This document shows positions 11,059-22,394 of a stretch of 64,000 nucleotides of DNA, one piece after another. Within the stretch, counting starts at the first letter, position 1; every line of letters starts with the position of its first letter. The position numbers and the translations under genes are program-made. Origin of the DNA: Pseudolabrys sp. Lineage in GTDB: Bacteria > Pseudomonadota > Alphaproteobacteria > Rhizobiales > Xanthobacteraceae. Under the pieces are notes generated by a model. The model saw nothing but the letters and a program-made list of their open reading frames with translations, was not told the DNA's origin and did no database searches. The stretch spans positions 10,151-74,150 of the forward strand of contig DATLJR010000508.1 of assembly GCA_035538755.1 (NCBI GenBank). The letters run 5' to 3'.

Positions 11059-11841
11059 ATGGCAGATAAACGTCACGCGCCGTCGATCGATCAAGCCGAG
11101 ATCGAGCGTTTCTCGCGCCGCGCTGCGGATTGGTGGGATCCGCGCGGGCCCATGGCCGCGCTGCACAAGTTTAATCCCGTCCGTCTTGCCTACATCCGGG
11201 ACCAGGCCGCCACCTGCTTTGATCGCGATCCCAAGAAGCTAGACTGCCTCAAGGGATTGCGCATTCTGGATATCGGATGCGGCGGTGGCATCTTGTCAGA
11301 GCCGCTTGCGCGCCTGGGCGCGGCAGTCGTAGGCGCCGACCCATCGAAGGAAAACATCAATGCCGCGCGTGCACATGCCGAGGATGCGCGCATCACGGTC
11401 AACTATCGCGCAACGACGGCGGAAGAACTGGCTGCTGCGAACGAGCGCTTTGATGTCGTGCTGGCGATGGAAGTCGTTGAGCATGTCGCTGACCTGAACG
11501 CGTTCGTCGCAACCTGCGCGACCATGGTAAAACCCGCCGGCCTGATGATCGCCGCCACGCTCAATCGCACGCTGAAAAGCTTCGCACTCGCCATAGTCGG
11601 TGCCGAGTACGTGTTGCGCTGGCTGCCGCGCGGCACGCATCAATGGGACAAGTTCGTCACGCCAGTCGAGCTGGAATCCGCGATAGAGAATAATGATTTG
11701 CAGGTGATCGGAGAGCGCGGCGTGATCTACAATCCATTTGCCGACCGGTGGCAGTTATCGTCGGACATGGATGTCAATTACATGCTCGTTGCGCAGCGCC
11801 AGAAAAAAAGGCGAGGTCGAAATGATTCTCGAACTGGTTGA
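11059..11841 (+). CDS. ubiG: Ubiquinone biosynthesis O-methyltransferase
   Basis: [45 protein letters not shown]. Confidence 0.95.
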   Translation: MADKRHAPSIDQAEIERFSRRAADWWDPRGPMAALHKFNPVRLAYIRDQAATCFDRDPKKLDCLKGLRILDIGCGGGILSEPLARLGAAVVGADPSKENINAARAHAEDARITVNYRATTAEELAAANERFDVVLAMEVVEHVADLNAFVATCATMVKPAGLMIAATLNRTLKSFALAIVGAEYVLRWLPRGTHQWDKFVTPVELESAIENNDLQVIGERGVIYNPFADRWQLSSDMDVNYMLVAQRQKKRRGRNDSRTG

Positions 11842-12166
11842 ATTCAATTCTCCGAAAGGATGGAGTCGTCAGCAGATCGCCGAGGAGGCGCGCAATGTTA
11901 TTCCAAAATGGCGCGACAACAAGGAATTGCTGCGCAAGCAGTTCCTTCTTGAGCTCAACGGCAAGACCGGCGCGGGTGTCTATATCTGGCCTTCGGTCGA
12001 GGCGGCGAGAAAGGCGCACAACGAAGAATGGCGGCAGTCGATCATTAAACGTACTGGTGGCGCTCCGACCATCCGGTATTTTGACCTGTTCCTGCTTATC
12101 GATAATGAAAAGGGCGCCGTGACCGAATTTCCCGAGGCGGCGGAAATCCGGGCCAACGCCGCGTAG
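11822..12166 (+). CDS. YdhR-like putative monooxygenase (dimeric alpha-beta barrel)
   Basis: LLRKQFL…[17 protein letters not shown] motif; ATG at 11822 with GAGG RBS. Confidence 0.7.
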   Translation: MILELVEFNSPKGWSRQQIAEEARNVIPKWRDNKELLRKQFLLELNGKTGAGVYIWPSVEAARKAHNEEWRQSIIKRTGGAPTIRYFDLFLLIDNEKGAVTEFPEAAEIRANAA

Positions 12167-12179
12167 CGAATAGCTGCCT

Positions 12180-12262
12180 CGTCACGGCCGGGCTTGTCCC
12201 GGCCATCGACCCCTTGTTAGGAAAACAAGCACGTGGATGCCCGGCGCATGGCCGGGCATAAC
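12180..12262. repeat. Alphaproteobacterial REP-like double hairpin (GGCCGGGCTTGTCCCGGCCATC family)
   Basis: gtcacggccgggcttgtcccggccatc…gtggatgcccggcgcatggccgggcataac; related copy at 18240. Confidence 0.8.
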
Positions 12263-12281
12263 TGTGCAAGAGACCGACGAG

Positions 12282-13166
12282 ATGCTCTGGGCCGTCTTTA
12301 CGCTGATTGCCGCGGCGGCGCAGACCGCGCGCAACGCCATGCAGCGCGAGTTGACCGCGACGCTTGGGACGGTCGGCGCCACTCACGTCCGCTTTCTCTT
12401 CGGTTTTCCATTCGCGCTGCTCTTTCTCGCCGGCGTATTGATCGCAACGGGCGAGGCTCTGCCGAAGCCGCCAAATGTCTTCTGGCCTTGGGTGATCGCC
12501 GGCGCTTTCACTCAAATCGCAGCGACGGCGACTATGCTTTCCGTAATGGGCCAGCGCTCGTTTGTGGTGGCCTATGCCTACATCAAGACCGAGCCCGTGC
12601 ATGTGGCCCTGTTCGGGTTGATCTTTCTCGGTGACAAGATCACGCCGCTTTCAGCGGTTGCAATCCTTCTTTCCACAGCTGGTGTGATCGTCATCTCCCT
12701 CAAGGGGGGGATCGACGAAAAGCCCACCGTGCGCTCGACCGTCATCGGCCTCGTGTCGGGCGCGCTGTTCGGGCTTTCTGCCGTTGGCTATCGCGGGGCC
12801 ATCCTGTCGTTGCAGTTACCGGATTTTGTGCTGGCGGCGACATTTACCGTTGCAATCGGCCTTGTGATCCAGGCAGCGACCTTGTCGCTCTATCTTGCGC
12901 TGCGCGACCCCAAGGTTCTCCGGGCCATTGCCGGTGCGTGGCGTCCCTCACTTTTAGCCGGGTTCATGGGCGCGTTTGCATCGGAATTCTGGTTTCTGGC
13001 TTTTGCCATTACGACCGCAGCCAATGTGCGCACGCTGGCACTGGTTGAGGTCCTATTCGCGCAAGGTGTGACCCGTTTTGTGTTCAAGCAACCGACGACG
13101 CAACGCGAGGCTTTCGGGGTCGTGCTCGTCGTGATCGGCGTCGCGCTGCTCGTGTGGCAGCGTTAG
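12282..13166 (+). CDS. EamA/DMT family transporter
   Basis: About 10 hydrophobic segments; AQTARNAMQR…GATHVRFLFG, AYIKTEP. Confidence 0.85.
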   Translation: MLWAVFTLIAAAAQTARNAMQRELTATLGTVGATHVRFLFGFPFALLFLAGVLIATGEALPKPPNVFWPWVIAGAFTQIAATATMLSVMGQRSFVVAYAYIKTEPVHVALFGLIFLGDKITPLSAVAILLSTAGVIVISLKGGIDEKPTVRSTVIGLVSGALFGLSAVGYRGAILSLQLPDFVLAATFTVAIGLVIQAATLSLYLALRDPKVLRAIAGAWRPSLLAGFMGAFASEFWFLAFAITTAANVRTLALVEVLFAQGVTRFVFKQPTTQREAFGVVLVVIGVALLVWQR

Positions 13167-13645
13167 TTCCGCTCGTCCGGCAAAACCGGCAAGGGATGGA
13201 ATTCGACGCCTTCCTCTGAAAGCTCTTTCGCTTCCTCAGGCGAGGCAACACCATAGATCGAGCGGTGCTCGATTTCTCCATAGTGCATTTTGCGTGCTTC
13301 CTCAGGGAATTTCGCGCCGACATTGTCGGCGTTCTTGGTGAGGTGATCGTGCAATTCCTTCAGCTTGGTGCGGAATTCCCGCTCTTGCGGCGATATCATT
13401 GCGACAGGCGCGGCCGGCACAGGGGGCGCGACGTCGGCCGCGGGAGCCGGCGTTTCAATGGGTGCGCTTTGTTTTTTTGCCGTCGTTGACAGGCGCGGCG
13501 CCATGATTGCCTTCTCGACCTTGGTCGAGGCGCACTGGGGACAGCTCACGAGGGCGCGCTTCGCCTGTTTGTCGTAGGCGACGGAATCCTGGAACCAGCT
13601 TTCGAATTCGTGGCCGCGGTCGCAGACAAGCGCGTAGCGTATCAT
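13163..13645 (-). CDS. DUF1178 family protein
   Basis: MIRYALVCDRGHEFESWF, CPQC, VGAKFPEEARKMHYGE. Confidence 0.92.
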   Translation of the reverse strand: MIRYALVCDRGHEFESWFQDSVAYDKQAKRALVSCPQCASTKVEKAIMAPRLSTTAKKQSAPIETPAPAADVAPPVPAAPVAMISPQEREFRTKLKELHDHLTKNADNVGAKFPEEARKMHYGEIEHRSIYGVASPEEAKELSEEGVEFHPLPVLPDERN

Positions 13646-14517
13646 TCTGCCCCCCGCACGACGTGCAAATGAGCCGGCTCTGCCATCGGCTCGACGATTT
13701 CAAAGCGGCGGCCATGCTGCAGCGATGGAATGCGCGCGCGCGAATTAGCCACTTCCGCGGGATCGATCCTGGCCATCACTACCCCGGGCTCGGTGCCGCC
13801 CTCCGCAATGATGCGTCCCCAAGGGCCAACGATCAGTGAATGGCCATATGTGTCGCGGCCGTTCTCATGTCTGCCGCCCTGTGCGGCAGCGAAGACGAAG
13901 CATCCGTTTTCGATGGCACGTGCGCGGATCAGCACATGCCAATGCGCTTCGCCGGTTTGCTTCGTAAAAGCTGAGGGGATCGCCAGCATGGTAGCGCCGG
14001 CTTCGGCCAACGCGCGATAGAGGGCCGGGAAACGCAGGTCGTAGCAGATCGTCAGCCCCAATCGCCCCCACGGAAGATCCGCCAGCACCGCCGATTCACC
14101 GGGTCGGTAATTGCGCGACTCCCGATAACTCTCGCCGCCGGCAAGATCGACGTCGAACATATGGATTTTGTCATAGCGCGCCGCGATTTCGCCCTTTGGG
14201 TCGATAAGGAAAGAGCGATTGACGGCTTTATCGTGCGAAATTCTGATCGCCAGTGAGCCGACGTGAATATAGATACCGAGCCGCCGCGCCAGGTCGCGTA
14301 AAGTTGCGAGAGCGCGGTCTGATTCTTCCTCGTCGATCACGTCGAAAAGCTGCCCGCGTTTGGCGGCCAGAATGTTCGTCATTTCCGGCGTGAGTACATA
14401 GTCGGCACCGGCTTCTTTTGCCTCGCCGATCATGCGCACGGCGTCGTCGATGTTTTCGCCCGGCTTCAGGCTCGAACGCATCTGGATCATTGCGGCGTTG
14501 AAGCTGCCTGCGGTCAT
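13642..14517 (-). CDS. Carbon-nitrogen hydrolase (Nit1/deaminated glutathione amidase-like)
   Basis: TPEM, YDKIHMFDV, ICYDLRFP catalytic triad motifs. Confidence 0.92.
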   Translation of the reverse strand: MTAGSFNAAMIQMRSSLKPGENIDDAVRMIGEAKEAGADYVLTPEMTNILAAKRGQLFDVIDEEESDRALATLRDLARRLGIYIHVGSLAIRISHDKAVNRSFLIDPKGEIAARYDKIHMFDVDLAGGESYRESRNYRPGESAVLADLPWGRLGLTICYDLRFPALYRALAEAGATMLAIPSAFTKQTGEAHWHVLIRARAIENGCFVFAAAQGGRHENGRDTYGHSLIVGPWGRIIAEGGTEPGVVMARIDPAEVANSRARIPSLQHGRRFEIVEPMAEPAHLHVVRGAE

Positions 14518-14786
14518 GCGGATGCCCCATCGCACGTTATTAGTGGATCGAGTTTGCCTGCTCGTTCAAGTGCGTGCAGTTCGTCGCTGCCACCGACGTG
14601 AACGGGGCCAATGAAGATCTGAGGCGCCGTCATGCGTCCGTTCGCGCGCTGGATCATTTCGTTGCGTCGCTGCCAGTCGCGGCTGACATCGATCTCGCTG
14701 TAGGTCGCGCCTTTGCGCTTCAGCAAAGCCTTGGCGGCGTTGCAATAAGGGCAATAACGGGTCGTATAGATCTCGATGGGCGGCAT
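14514..14786 (-). CDS. grxC: Glutaredoxin 3
   Basis: CPYC, TAPQIFIG…VGGSDEL. Confidence 0.93.
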   Translation of the reverse strand: MPPIEIYTTRYCPYCNAAKALLKRKGATYSEIDVSRDWQRRNEMIQRANGRMTAPQIFIGPVHVGGSDELHALERAGKLDPLITCDGASA

Positions 14787-14811
14787 AGTATTTCTGCGCT
14801 TTCGGACCTTT

Positions 14812-15602
14812 CTATATGGGACTTCGCGCCGGCGCCACAACCCGCGCGAATACCAGCACATCGACCTGTGCAGCGCCCGCCCGCAATAATGTGCGGCTGC
14901 AGGCGTAGACCGTGGCGCCGGACGTCAGCACATCGTCGACCAGCACCAGGTGACGACCGGCAACCTCGACCCTGTGTTCAGGCTGGGACAAGAAATGCCC
15001 CTTGGACGTTATCGGCGCGCTCGGTTCGAGACCGTCCGACCTGCTGCGGTGTGGCGCCCGCCATGGGTGACAGGGACACCGCAAATCGCCGATATTGTGC
15101 GGGCAAGAACGGCCGACTGATTGTATCGTCGTGCCCATCGCCTTCGCCAATGCAGGGGTACCGGAACTGGCGCATCGGCATCGGCCAGAAGTTCGCAGCA
15201 AGCGTGCGCCATCAAGCGTCCCATCATGGGTGAAAGGTCGAGCCCGTCGCTATATTTGAGGCCGTGTACCAGGGTGCTGGCGACATCGTCGTAACGGGCG
15301 ATGGCACGCGCCAGGTTGTAAGCCGGTGGATCGGCGATCGCTTCCGTCGACAGCAGGTCAGGCCTGGGGTGATAGGCAAATAGAGCACCCAATCGCATGC
15401 AATAAGGCGACTCGATGAGCGAGACTTTCGATCAGCTGGGCGCGCAAAGCCCTTTGCCCTCGCTGATAGGCTCACGGCAGGAGGGACAGAGCTGCGGCAA
15501 GGCAAAATCGAGAATGACCCGAAACGCTCCGCGCAAGCTTTCGCGAAAACGAGCGCCGTGCGATTCCGGTCCGTCCGGCCTTGCCGATACAAGCTCGTTC
15601 AT
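14812..15602 (-). pseudogene. comF: ComF family (amidophosphoribosyltransferase-like) pseudogene
   Basis: Zn-finger CPSC…CAPS*, LKYSD, PVPLHWRR…YNQS, VLVDDVLTSGAT spread across frames; in-frame TGA at 15432-15434 and at least two frameshifts. Confidence 0.88.
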
Positions 15603-15667
15603 GCTGAAACCGTAGCATAGTCGCGCGTCGCACTGACACGATCACTGTCGCGCTATCGGACAAGACA

Positions 15668-16573
15668 ATGTCGCCAGGCCCCAGCATATTTGACCGACAG
15701 CTTCTCCGAGCGCGGCAAGCGCGTGCGCGCAAGCTTGGCCCGGCAACTTTTCTGCTCGATCGCACTGCGTCCGAATTGGGAGAGCGTCTTTCGGCTGTCC
15801 TGCGTCAATTCAACGTCGCAGTCGATCTGGGCACCCCGACCGATGCAGTGCGCGAGGTTCTTGCAGCAAGTGGGAAAGTTGGAACGATTGTCGCTACGAG
15901 CGTTCACCCGCTCGACGGAGACCGTCCATTCCTGCGTATTGCAGCGGACGAGGAGGAGTTGCCATTTGCCAACGCGTCGGTCGATTTGGTGGTGTCGGCA
16001 CTGGCCTTGCAATTTGTCAACGACTTGCCAGGAACCCTGATCCAGATTCGTCGCGCACTGAAGCCGGATGCCTTGCTGCTGGCGGCGCTTGTCGGCGGCG
16101 AAAGTTTGTCGGAGCTGCGCGAGGCCATCGCAACTGCCGAGATCGAGATCGAAGGTGGAGTTTCGCCGCACGTTGCTCCATTTGCCGACGTCCGCGAACT
16201 CGGCACGCTGTTGCAGCGTGCAGGATTTGCTCTACCGGTGATCGACAGCGAACGGCTAGTCGTACGATACGATTCGATATTTGCCTTGATACGCGATCTT
16301 CGTCACATGGGCGCGACCAATATATTGAATGAGCGCAGACGAAAGCCGCTCAATCGCGCAACGGTACAGCGTATGGCCGAGATTTATCGCGAGCGGTTTG
16401 CTGACGAAGATGGTCGCTTGCGTGCAAGCTTCGAGATCGTCTGGTTGTCCGGGTGGGCGCCGCACGAGGGCCAGCAGAAGCCACTCAAACCTGGTTCGGC
16501 GGGGCGGCGGCTTTCCGATGCTCTGAATACGACCGAAATCTCGGCCGGAGAAAAGCCGGAGCGATTGCGTTAG
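15668..16573 (+). CDS. SAM-dependent methyltransferase (BioC/NDUFAF5-like)
   Basis: IFDRQLL, ADEEELPF, VNDLPG, LLQRAGFALPV, QQKPLKPGS. Confidence 0.88.
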   Translation: MSPGPSIFDRQLLRARQARARKLGPATFLLDRTASELGERLSAVLRQFNVAVDLGTPTDAVREVLAASGKVGTIVATSVHPLDGDRPFLRIAADEEELPFANASVDLVVSALALQFVNDLPGTLIQIRRALKPDALLLAALVGGESLSELREAIATAEIEIEGGVSPHVAPFADVRELGTLLQRAGFALPVIDSERLVVRYDSIFALIRDLRHMGATNILNERRRKPLNRATVQRMAEIYRERFADEDGRLRASFEIVWLSGWAPHEGQQKPLKPGSAGRRLSDALNTTEISAGEKPERLR

Positions 16574-16992
16574 AGCAAGGTAATCAGGTGCGCGATCAGG
16601 GGTACGTCAGCCGGAGGCATTTCGTACTCTCGCAACTTGTTAGGCCTTACCCAGGCAAGTTGCTGACCTTCGGTGGCAACGACGGTGCCTTCCCAACGCC
16701 GGCAGACATACAACGGCATGAGAAGATGAAAGTCCGGGTAGCTGTGGCTCGCGAAGGTGAGGGGGGCGAGGCAATTTTCGCTAACGGTTATTCCCAGTTC
16801 CTCTTTTAACTCGCGGATCAAGGTGTCCTCTGGACGCTCGCCGCTCTCGAACTTTCCACCGGGAAACTCCCACAAACCGGCCATCGGCTTGCCTTCCGGC
16901 CGCCGCGCGATCAGCACGCGACCATCAGGATCCACTAGGGCGCAGGCGACAACCAGGACGACCTTGATAGCCACAGCCTCAACCTTGCCCAT
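16570..16992 (-). CDS. mutT: 8-oxo-dGTP diphosphatase (Nudix)
   Basis: WEFPGGKFESGERPEDTLIRELKEELG Nudix box; follows argJ; start uncertain. Confidence 0.88.
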   Translation of the reverse strand: MGKVEAVAIKVVLVVACALVDPDGRVLIARRPEGKPMAGLWEFPGGKFESGERPEDTLIRELKEELGITVSENCLAPLTFASHSYPDFHLLMPLYVCRRWEGTVVATEGQQLAWVRPNKLREYEMPPADVPLIAHLITLL

Positions 16993-16993
16993 C

Positions 16994-18226
16994 TTACGAT
17001 CGATAGTCGCCATTGATTGCGACATATTCCTTGGTCAGATCGCATGTGAGCACGCGATCGCGGCCCTTGCCCATTCCAAGTGCCACTTTCAGACTGATTT
17101 CCGGCTTCTTCATCGCCGCACTGACAGTAGCTTCGTCATAACCTGGGTCGCGGGCGCCTTTGTGCGCCACGCGAATCCCTCCAAACCAGATCGAAAGCTT
17201 GTCACGGTCTGCCGGTTCACCCGCCTTGCCGACCGCCATCACGACGCGACCCCAGTTGGCATCTTCGCCTGCAATAGCCGTCTTCACGAGAGGCGAATTG
17301 GCGATCGACATGGCGATACGGCGGGCCGAGACTTTCGAGACCGCGCCCTCGACCACGATCTCGACCAGCTTGCGAGCGCCTTCGCCGTCACGTGCAATCT
17401 GTTCCGAGAGATTGGCAAGCACGGCATGCAGAGCCTTCTTGAAACCTTTCAGACGTGGGTCAGAGGCCCGCGTGATAGGTGGCGCGCCCGCTTTGCCGGT
17501 TGCAAACATCATCAGTGTATCCGACGTGGACGTATCGCCGTCGATCGTTACGGCATTGAACGTATCGCCGGCATCATCTTTCAGCAGCGATTGAAGAGCA
17601 GGCGCCGAAATCGCTGCGTCCGTGAAAATGAAAGACAGCATTGTCGCCATATCGGGAGCGATCATGCCGGCGCCTTTGGCGATCCCGTTTATTGTTACAT
17701 TTGCGTTGCCGATTTTTGCTGTCGCGGTTGCGACTTTCGGAAACGTATCCGTGGTCATAATCGCGCGCGCAGCCGCGAGAAAATCGCCAGCTTGAGCGCG
17801 TGCAACGAGGCCTTCCATCACCCCTTCGAAAGCCTGCGCCTTGAGCGGTTCGCCGATCACGCCTGTGGAAGCCAGAAAGACATCCTCCGGTTTACAGCCA
17901 GCAGCACGAGAGGCGATTTGCGCAGTGAACTTGCAGGCGTCTCGTCCGCTCTTCCCGGTGAAGGCATTGGCATTTCCGGAATTGACGACGAGGACGCGCG
18001 CCTTTCCCTTTTTCAGATGTGCGCGGCACCATTCGACCGGCGCTGACGGGCACTTCGAGCGCGTGAATACGCCGGCCGCGATTGTGCCCGCGGCAAAAAG
18101 CGCAAGCAGAACATCCGTGCGTCCGGCATAGCGGATGCCCGCGGCGGCCGTTGCCAGCCGGACGCCGGCAATTGTCGGCAGGTCCGGAATATGGGCTGGG
18201 GCGAGAGGGGAAACGGCAGTCGACAT
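16994..18226 (-). CDS. argJ: Glutamate N-acetyltransferase/ornithine acetyltransferase
   Basis: [51 protein letters not shown]. Confidence 0.96.
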   Translation of the reverse strand: MSTAVSPLAPAHIPDLPTIAGVRLATAAAGIRYAGRTDVLLALFAAGTIAAGVFTRSKCPSAPVEWCRAHLKKGKARVLVVNSGNANAFTGKSGRDACKFTAQIASRAAGCKPEDVFLASTGVIGEPLKAQAFEGVMEGLVARAQAGDFLAAARAIMTTDTFPKVATATAKIGNANVTINGIAKGAGMIAPDMATMLSFIFTDAAISAPALQSLLKDDAGDTFNAVTIDGDTSTSDTLMMFATGKAGAPPITRASDPRLKGFKKALHAVLANLSEQIARDGEGARKLVEIVVEGAVSKVSARRIAMSIANSPLVKTAIAGEDANWGRVVMAVGKAGEPADRDKLSIWFGGIRVAHKGARDPGYDEATVSAAMKKPEISLKVALGMGKGRDRVLTCDLTKEYVAINGDYRS

Positions 18227-18239
18227 GGCGATCTCCGGC

Positions 18240-18323
18240 GTCGTGACCGGGGTTGTCCCGGGCATCTACTCGAAGCATCGGCATAAAAGACGTCAATGGC
18301 CGGGACAAGCCCGGCCATAACGA
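18240..18323. repeat. REP-like double hairpin, inverted copy of the 12180 family
   Basis: …atggccgggacaagcccggccataacga is the reverse complement of the 12180 core. Confidence 0.8.
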
Positions 18324-18348
18324 AATCATTTGATGAGTCTAATCCGCG

Positions 18349-19269
18349 TTATTTCTTTGCGGGCGCGGGCGCAGTCGGCTTGTCTTCGGCCTTGGCCGGT
18401 TTGTCCATGCGCTCGATCTTGGCGTCGGCGCGCAGTTTGGTGACTAGCTCTGCCTGCGCTTTGCGGACGACAAAGTTCTCGATCTGCGGCTTCACGTCTT
18501 CGAACTTGGGAGGCTGTTTCGCGCGCTTATCCTCAACCTTGATGACATGCCAGCCAAATTGGGTTTTGACCGGGTCAGAAATCTGTCCCGCATCCAGCTT
18601 GAAAGCCGCTTCGGCGAACTCCGGCACCATCTGATCTTTCGTGAAGTAGCCGAGGTCTCCACCGTTCGCCTTTCCCGACGGGTCTTCAGTAACCTCGCCG
18701 GCCACCTTGGCGAAGTCCTCGCCTTTCTTCAGCCGCGCAATCACGGCTTTGACCTTGTCTTCGGCTTCCTTGCTGCTCTTGTCGTCGCCGGCTGGCGTGC
18801 GGAACAGGATATGGCGGGCGTGCACCTCCTTCTCTTCGCTTGCCTGCTTGATAGCTTCATCATAGACCTTGTGCATTTCCGCGTCGGTGAGCGCTTCCTT
18901 ACCGACCGACTGCAGCAGTCCTTCCATGAGAAGCTTCTTACGGGCGAACTCGAGCTTTCGCTTGAAATCGGGCGTGTCGCCGAATTTCTTATCTTGTGCG
19001 GCCTTTGAAACTAGGATCATGTCGGCCACGAATTGCACCAGATAATCCTGCTTGGCCTCCGGTGACATCGGCGGAATTTGACCGGCTTCATCCTCCGCGA
19101 CGGCGAGGTCGCTTTGATGGACTTCGACACCATTAACTTTCGCGACAAGAGGGTCCTTGTCCTGGGCAAAGAGTGGTCCGCTCGAAAGGACGAGCAGCGC
19201 CAGAAAGGGGGCAACAAAGCCGGCCGGGCGGAGGCGGACCGGAAAGCCGGCGGGTACAGAAATCGTCAT
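18349..19269 (-). CDS. Parvulin-type peptidyl-prolyl isomerase (PrsA/PpiC-like), exported
   Basis: Signal peptide, HARHIL, GGDLGYF, PVKTQFGWHVIKV. Confidence 0.92.
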   Translation of the reverse strand: MTISVPAGFPVRLRPAGFVAPFLALLVLSSGPLFAQDKDPLVAKVNGVEVHQSDLAVAEDEAGQIPPMSPEAKQDYLVQFVADMILVSKAAQDKKFGDTPDFKRKLEFARKKLLMEGLLQSVGKEALTDAEMHKVYDEAIKQASEEKEVHARHILFRTPAGDDKSSKEAEDKVKAVIARLKKGEDFAKVAGEVTEDPSGKANGGDLGYFTKDQMVPEFAEAAFKLDAGQISDPVKTQFGWHVIKVEDKRAKQPPKFEDVKPQIENFVVRKAQAELVTKLRADAKIERMDKPAKAEDKPTAPAPAKK

Positions 19270-19422
19270 GGCGTTGTCCTTGGATATTAACGGCCGCCCT
19301 GGTTCAGACAGGCGGTGCGCGCGACTATTCGCCTAACAACCGTGGCTTTGCAATGGCCGACCAACGGATGAATCTAACGTCCGCGTGACTGGAGAACCGG
19401 TAAGTCATTGGCAGGCCGGCGA

Positions 19423-19451
19423 TTGACAACAATCTGACCCCCTCATATCTC
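19423..19451 (+). promoter_or_regulatory. Putative sigma70 promoter of secA
   Basis: TTGACA-N17-TATCTC. Confidence 0.5.
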
Positions 19452-19593
19452 TCGCACGGCTTTGGCCGTTCGCTATCCGTCGACGTGTTTTGCGTCGAAT
19501 TTGCCCGAAAAGTGCCGCATTCCGGAGTGCCGGAGGCAAATCCGGCCGTTGGCGGCGTGATATAAGTCCCCGGCCCACGTTAGGAGCTCCCGT

Positions 19594-22389
19594 ATGATCG
19601 GCGCCGTTGCCCGCAAGCTGTTTGGATCCGCCAACGAGCGGCGTATCCGCAGCTATCTGCCCCGGGTTCGCGAGATCAATGAGCTCGAAAAGGAACTCGA
19701 AGCTCTTTCCGACGACGCGCTGAAGTCCCGCACCGAAGAATTCAAGAAGCAGGTCGCTGCAGGCGCCGCGCTCGATGAGCTGCTGGTCCCTGCCTTCGCT
19801 ACGGTCCGCGAGGCCGCGAAGCGCACGCTCGGTCAGCGACATTTCGACGTTCAGCTGATCGGCGGCATGATTCTCCACGAGGGCAAGATTTCGGAAATGA
19901 AGACCGGCGAAGGCAAAACGCTGGTTGCAACCCTTCCAGTTTATCTCAATGCCATTTCGGGCCGTGGCGTGCACGTCGTCACGGTCAACGACTACCTTGC
20001 CAAACGCGACGCGGAGTGGATGGGGCAGATCTACAATTTCCTTGGTCTTTCCGTCGGCGTGATCGTGCATGGGCTTGAGGATGAACAGCGCAAGAAGGCC
20101 TACGATTGCGACATCACGTACGGGACCAATAACGAACTTGGTTTCGACTATCTGCGCGACAACATGAAGTATCGGCTGGAGGATATGGTCCAGCGTGGTC
20201 ACATCTATGCCATCGTAGACGAAGTGGACTCGATCCTGATCGATGAGGCGCGCACGCCGTTGATCATTTCCGGTCCGCTCGACGATCGGTCCGATTTCTA
20301 CAATACGATCGACAGCTACATTCCGCAGCTCGACAAGTCCGACTACGAGGTCGATGAAAAACAAAGAACCGTCACGCTGACCGAGGCGGGGATGGAGAGA
20401 CTTGAGCAGCGGCTGCGCGATGCCGGTCAGCTCAAGGGAGAGTCGCTCTACGACGTGGAAAACGTTTCCGTCGTTCATCACGTGAACCAGGCGCTTCGGG
20501 CGCACAAACTTTTTCAGCGCGACAAGGACTACATCGTGCGCAATGGCGAAGTCGTCATCATTGATGAATTCACCGGCCGCATGATGCCCGGCCGGCGCTA
20601 TTCCGAGGGCCTGCACCAGGCATTGGAAGCCAAAGAACACCAGCCGATCCAGCCCGAAAACCAGACGCTCGCGTCGATCACGTTCCAGAACTATTTCCGC
20701 ATGTACGAAAAGCTTGCCGGCATGACCGGCACAGCAATGACAGAAGCCGAAGAGTTCATGGATATTTACGGCCTCGAAGTGCTCGAAGTGCCCACCAATA
20801 TGCCACTCATTCGTCTTGATGACGACGACGAGGTCTATCGCACTGCCACCGAAAAGTACCGGTCAATCCTGACTCTCATCGAAGACTGCAAGACGCGCGG
20901 TCAGCCGGTTCTTGTGGGCACGACGTCAATCGAAAAGTCCGAACAGCTCGCGGAAATGTTGCGTCAGAAAGGCTGGGAACAGCACGATTTCTCCGATCCG
21001 AATGCGTTCGCGGCGCTCTACTCGGGGGACGAAGGGGCTTCGAAGAAAAAGGTCTTTGCGATCCTGAATGCCCGCTATCACGAGCAGGAAGCCTACATCG
21101 TCGCCCAGGCCGGCGTTCCGGGCGCTATCACAATCGCCACCAACATGGCCGGCCGCGGGACCGACATTCAGCTCGGTGGCAACGCCGACATGCGTATTCG
21201 TCAGGAGATTACCGATATTGCCGATCCGCGTGAGCGTGAGAAAAATCCTCGTGCCGAGGAAATTCGTAAGCAGGTTGCACGACTGAAGGAAAAGGCGCTT
21301 GCCGCCGGCGGCCTCTTTGTACTCGGCACCGAGCGACACGAAAGCCGGCGCATTGATAACCAGTTGCGCGGTCGTTCGGGCCGGCAGGGCGATCCAGGTC
21401 ACTCCAAATTTTTCTTGTCGTTGGAAGACGACCTGATGCGGATTTTCGGATCCGACAAGCTTGACGGAATGCTGCAGAAACTCGGCTTGAAGGAAAACGA
21501 GGCGATCGTTCATCCTTGGATCAACAAGGCGCTGGAAAAGGCGCAGCAGAAAGTCGAGGCGCGCAACTTCGACATCCGCAAGAACCTGCTCAAGTTCGAC
21601 AACGTGATGAATGACCAGCGCAAGGTTATTTTCGAGCAGCGTCTCGAATTGATGCGCGACGAGACCGTGGACGAAACGATCGCCGATATGCGCCAAGCGA
21701 TGATCGAAGACCTGGTCGCCAAACATGTTCCCGAAAACGCCTATCCCGAGCAGTGGGACACGGCTGGTCTCGATCAAGCCTTGCGCGAAATCCTCACTTT
21801 GACTTTGCCTGTTCAGGATTGGGCGAAGGAAGAAGGCATTACGCCGGACGATGTGCGCGAACGCGTTACGCGGCGCGCAGACGAGTGGATGGCTTCAAAG
21901 GTGGCCAAGTGGGGCCCCGACGTTATGCGTTATGTCGAAAAATCAATTTTACTGCAAACCTTGGATCACCTGTGGCGCGAACACCTAGTGATGCTTGAAC
22001 ATCTGCGGCAGGTCATCGGTCTGCGCGGCTATGGTCAGCGCGATCCGCTGAACGAATACAAGGCTGAAGCATTCTCCCTATTCGAGGCCATGGTCGCGCA
22101 CCTGCGTGAGGCGGTGACCGCGCAACTCATGCGCGTCGAAGTCGTTCAGGCGCCACCGGCCGAAGAGCCTTCAAAGCTGCCATACATGGAAGCCCACAAA
22201 GTCGATCCGACGACGGGCGAAGATGAAATGGCGCCTGCGCTGGCAGCCGCGCTGGTCGGCAACGGAAACGGAGCGCAGGCTGAACGCAAACCGAACGATC
22301 CGTCGAGCTGGGGTAAGGTCGGACGCAACGAGCTCTGTCCCTGCGGATCGGGCAAGAAATTCAAGCACTGCCACGGCAAATTCGGCTGA
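19594..22389 (+). CDS. secA: Preprotein translocase ATPase SecA
   Basis: [28 protein letters not shown]-terminal [14 protein letters not shown]. Confidence 0.99.
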   Translation: MIGAVARKLFGSANERRIRSYLPRVREINELEKELEALSDDALKSRTEEFKKQVAAGAALDELLVPAFATVREAAKRTLGQRHFDVQLIGGMILHEGKISEMKTGEGKTLVATLPVYLNAISGRGVHVVTVNDYLAKRDAEWMGQIYNFLGLSVGVIVHGLEDEQRKKAYDCDITYGTNNELGFDYLRDNMKYRLEDMVQRGHIYAIVDEVDSILIDEARTPLIISGPLDDRSDFYNTIDSYIPQLDKSDYEVDEKQRTVTLTEAGMERLEQRLRDAGQLKGESLYDVENVSVVHHVNQALRAHKLFQRDKDYIVRNGEVVIIDEFTGRMMPGRRYSEGLHQALEAKEHQPIQPENQTLASITFQNYFRMYEKLAGMTGTAMTEAEEFMDIYGLEVLEVPTNMPLIRLDDDDEVYRTATEKYRSILTLIEDCKTRGQPVLVGTTSIEKSEQLAEMLRQKGWEQHDFSDPNAFAALYSGDEGASKKKVFAILNARYHEQEAYIVAQAGVPGAITIATNMAGRGTDIQLGGNADMRIRQEITDIADPREREKNPRAEEIRKQVARLKEKALAAGGLFVLGTERHESRRIDNQLRGRSGRQGDPGHSKFFLSLEDDLMRIFGSDKLDGMLQKLGLKENEAIVHPWINKALEKAQQKVEARNFDIRKNLLKFDNVMNDQRKVIFEQRLELMRDETVDETIADMRQAMIEDLVAKHVPENAYPEQWDTAGLDQALREILTLTLPVQDWAKEEGITPDDVRERVTRRADEWMASKVAKWGPDVMRYVEKSILLQTLDHLWREHLVMLEHLRQVIGLRGYGQRDPLNEYKAEAFSLFEAMVAHLREAVTAQLMRVEVVQAPPAEEPSKLPYMEAHKVDPTTGEDEMAPALAAALVGNGNGAQAERKPNDPSSWGKVGRNELCPCGSGKKFKHCHGKFG

Positions 22390-22394
22390 CCCGT

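Noticed and set aside
5848-21777. Long overlapping ORFs (5848-6882, 9846-11024, 16757-18046, 19405-20640, 20926-21777)
   Set aside because: Antisense or alternate-frame shadows of conserved genes in GC-rich DNA, with no motifs.
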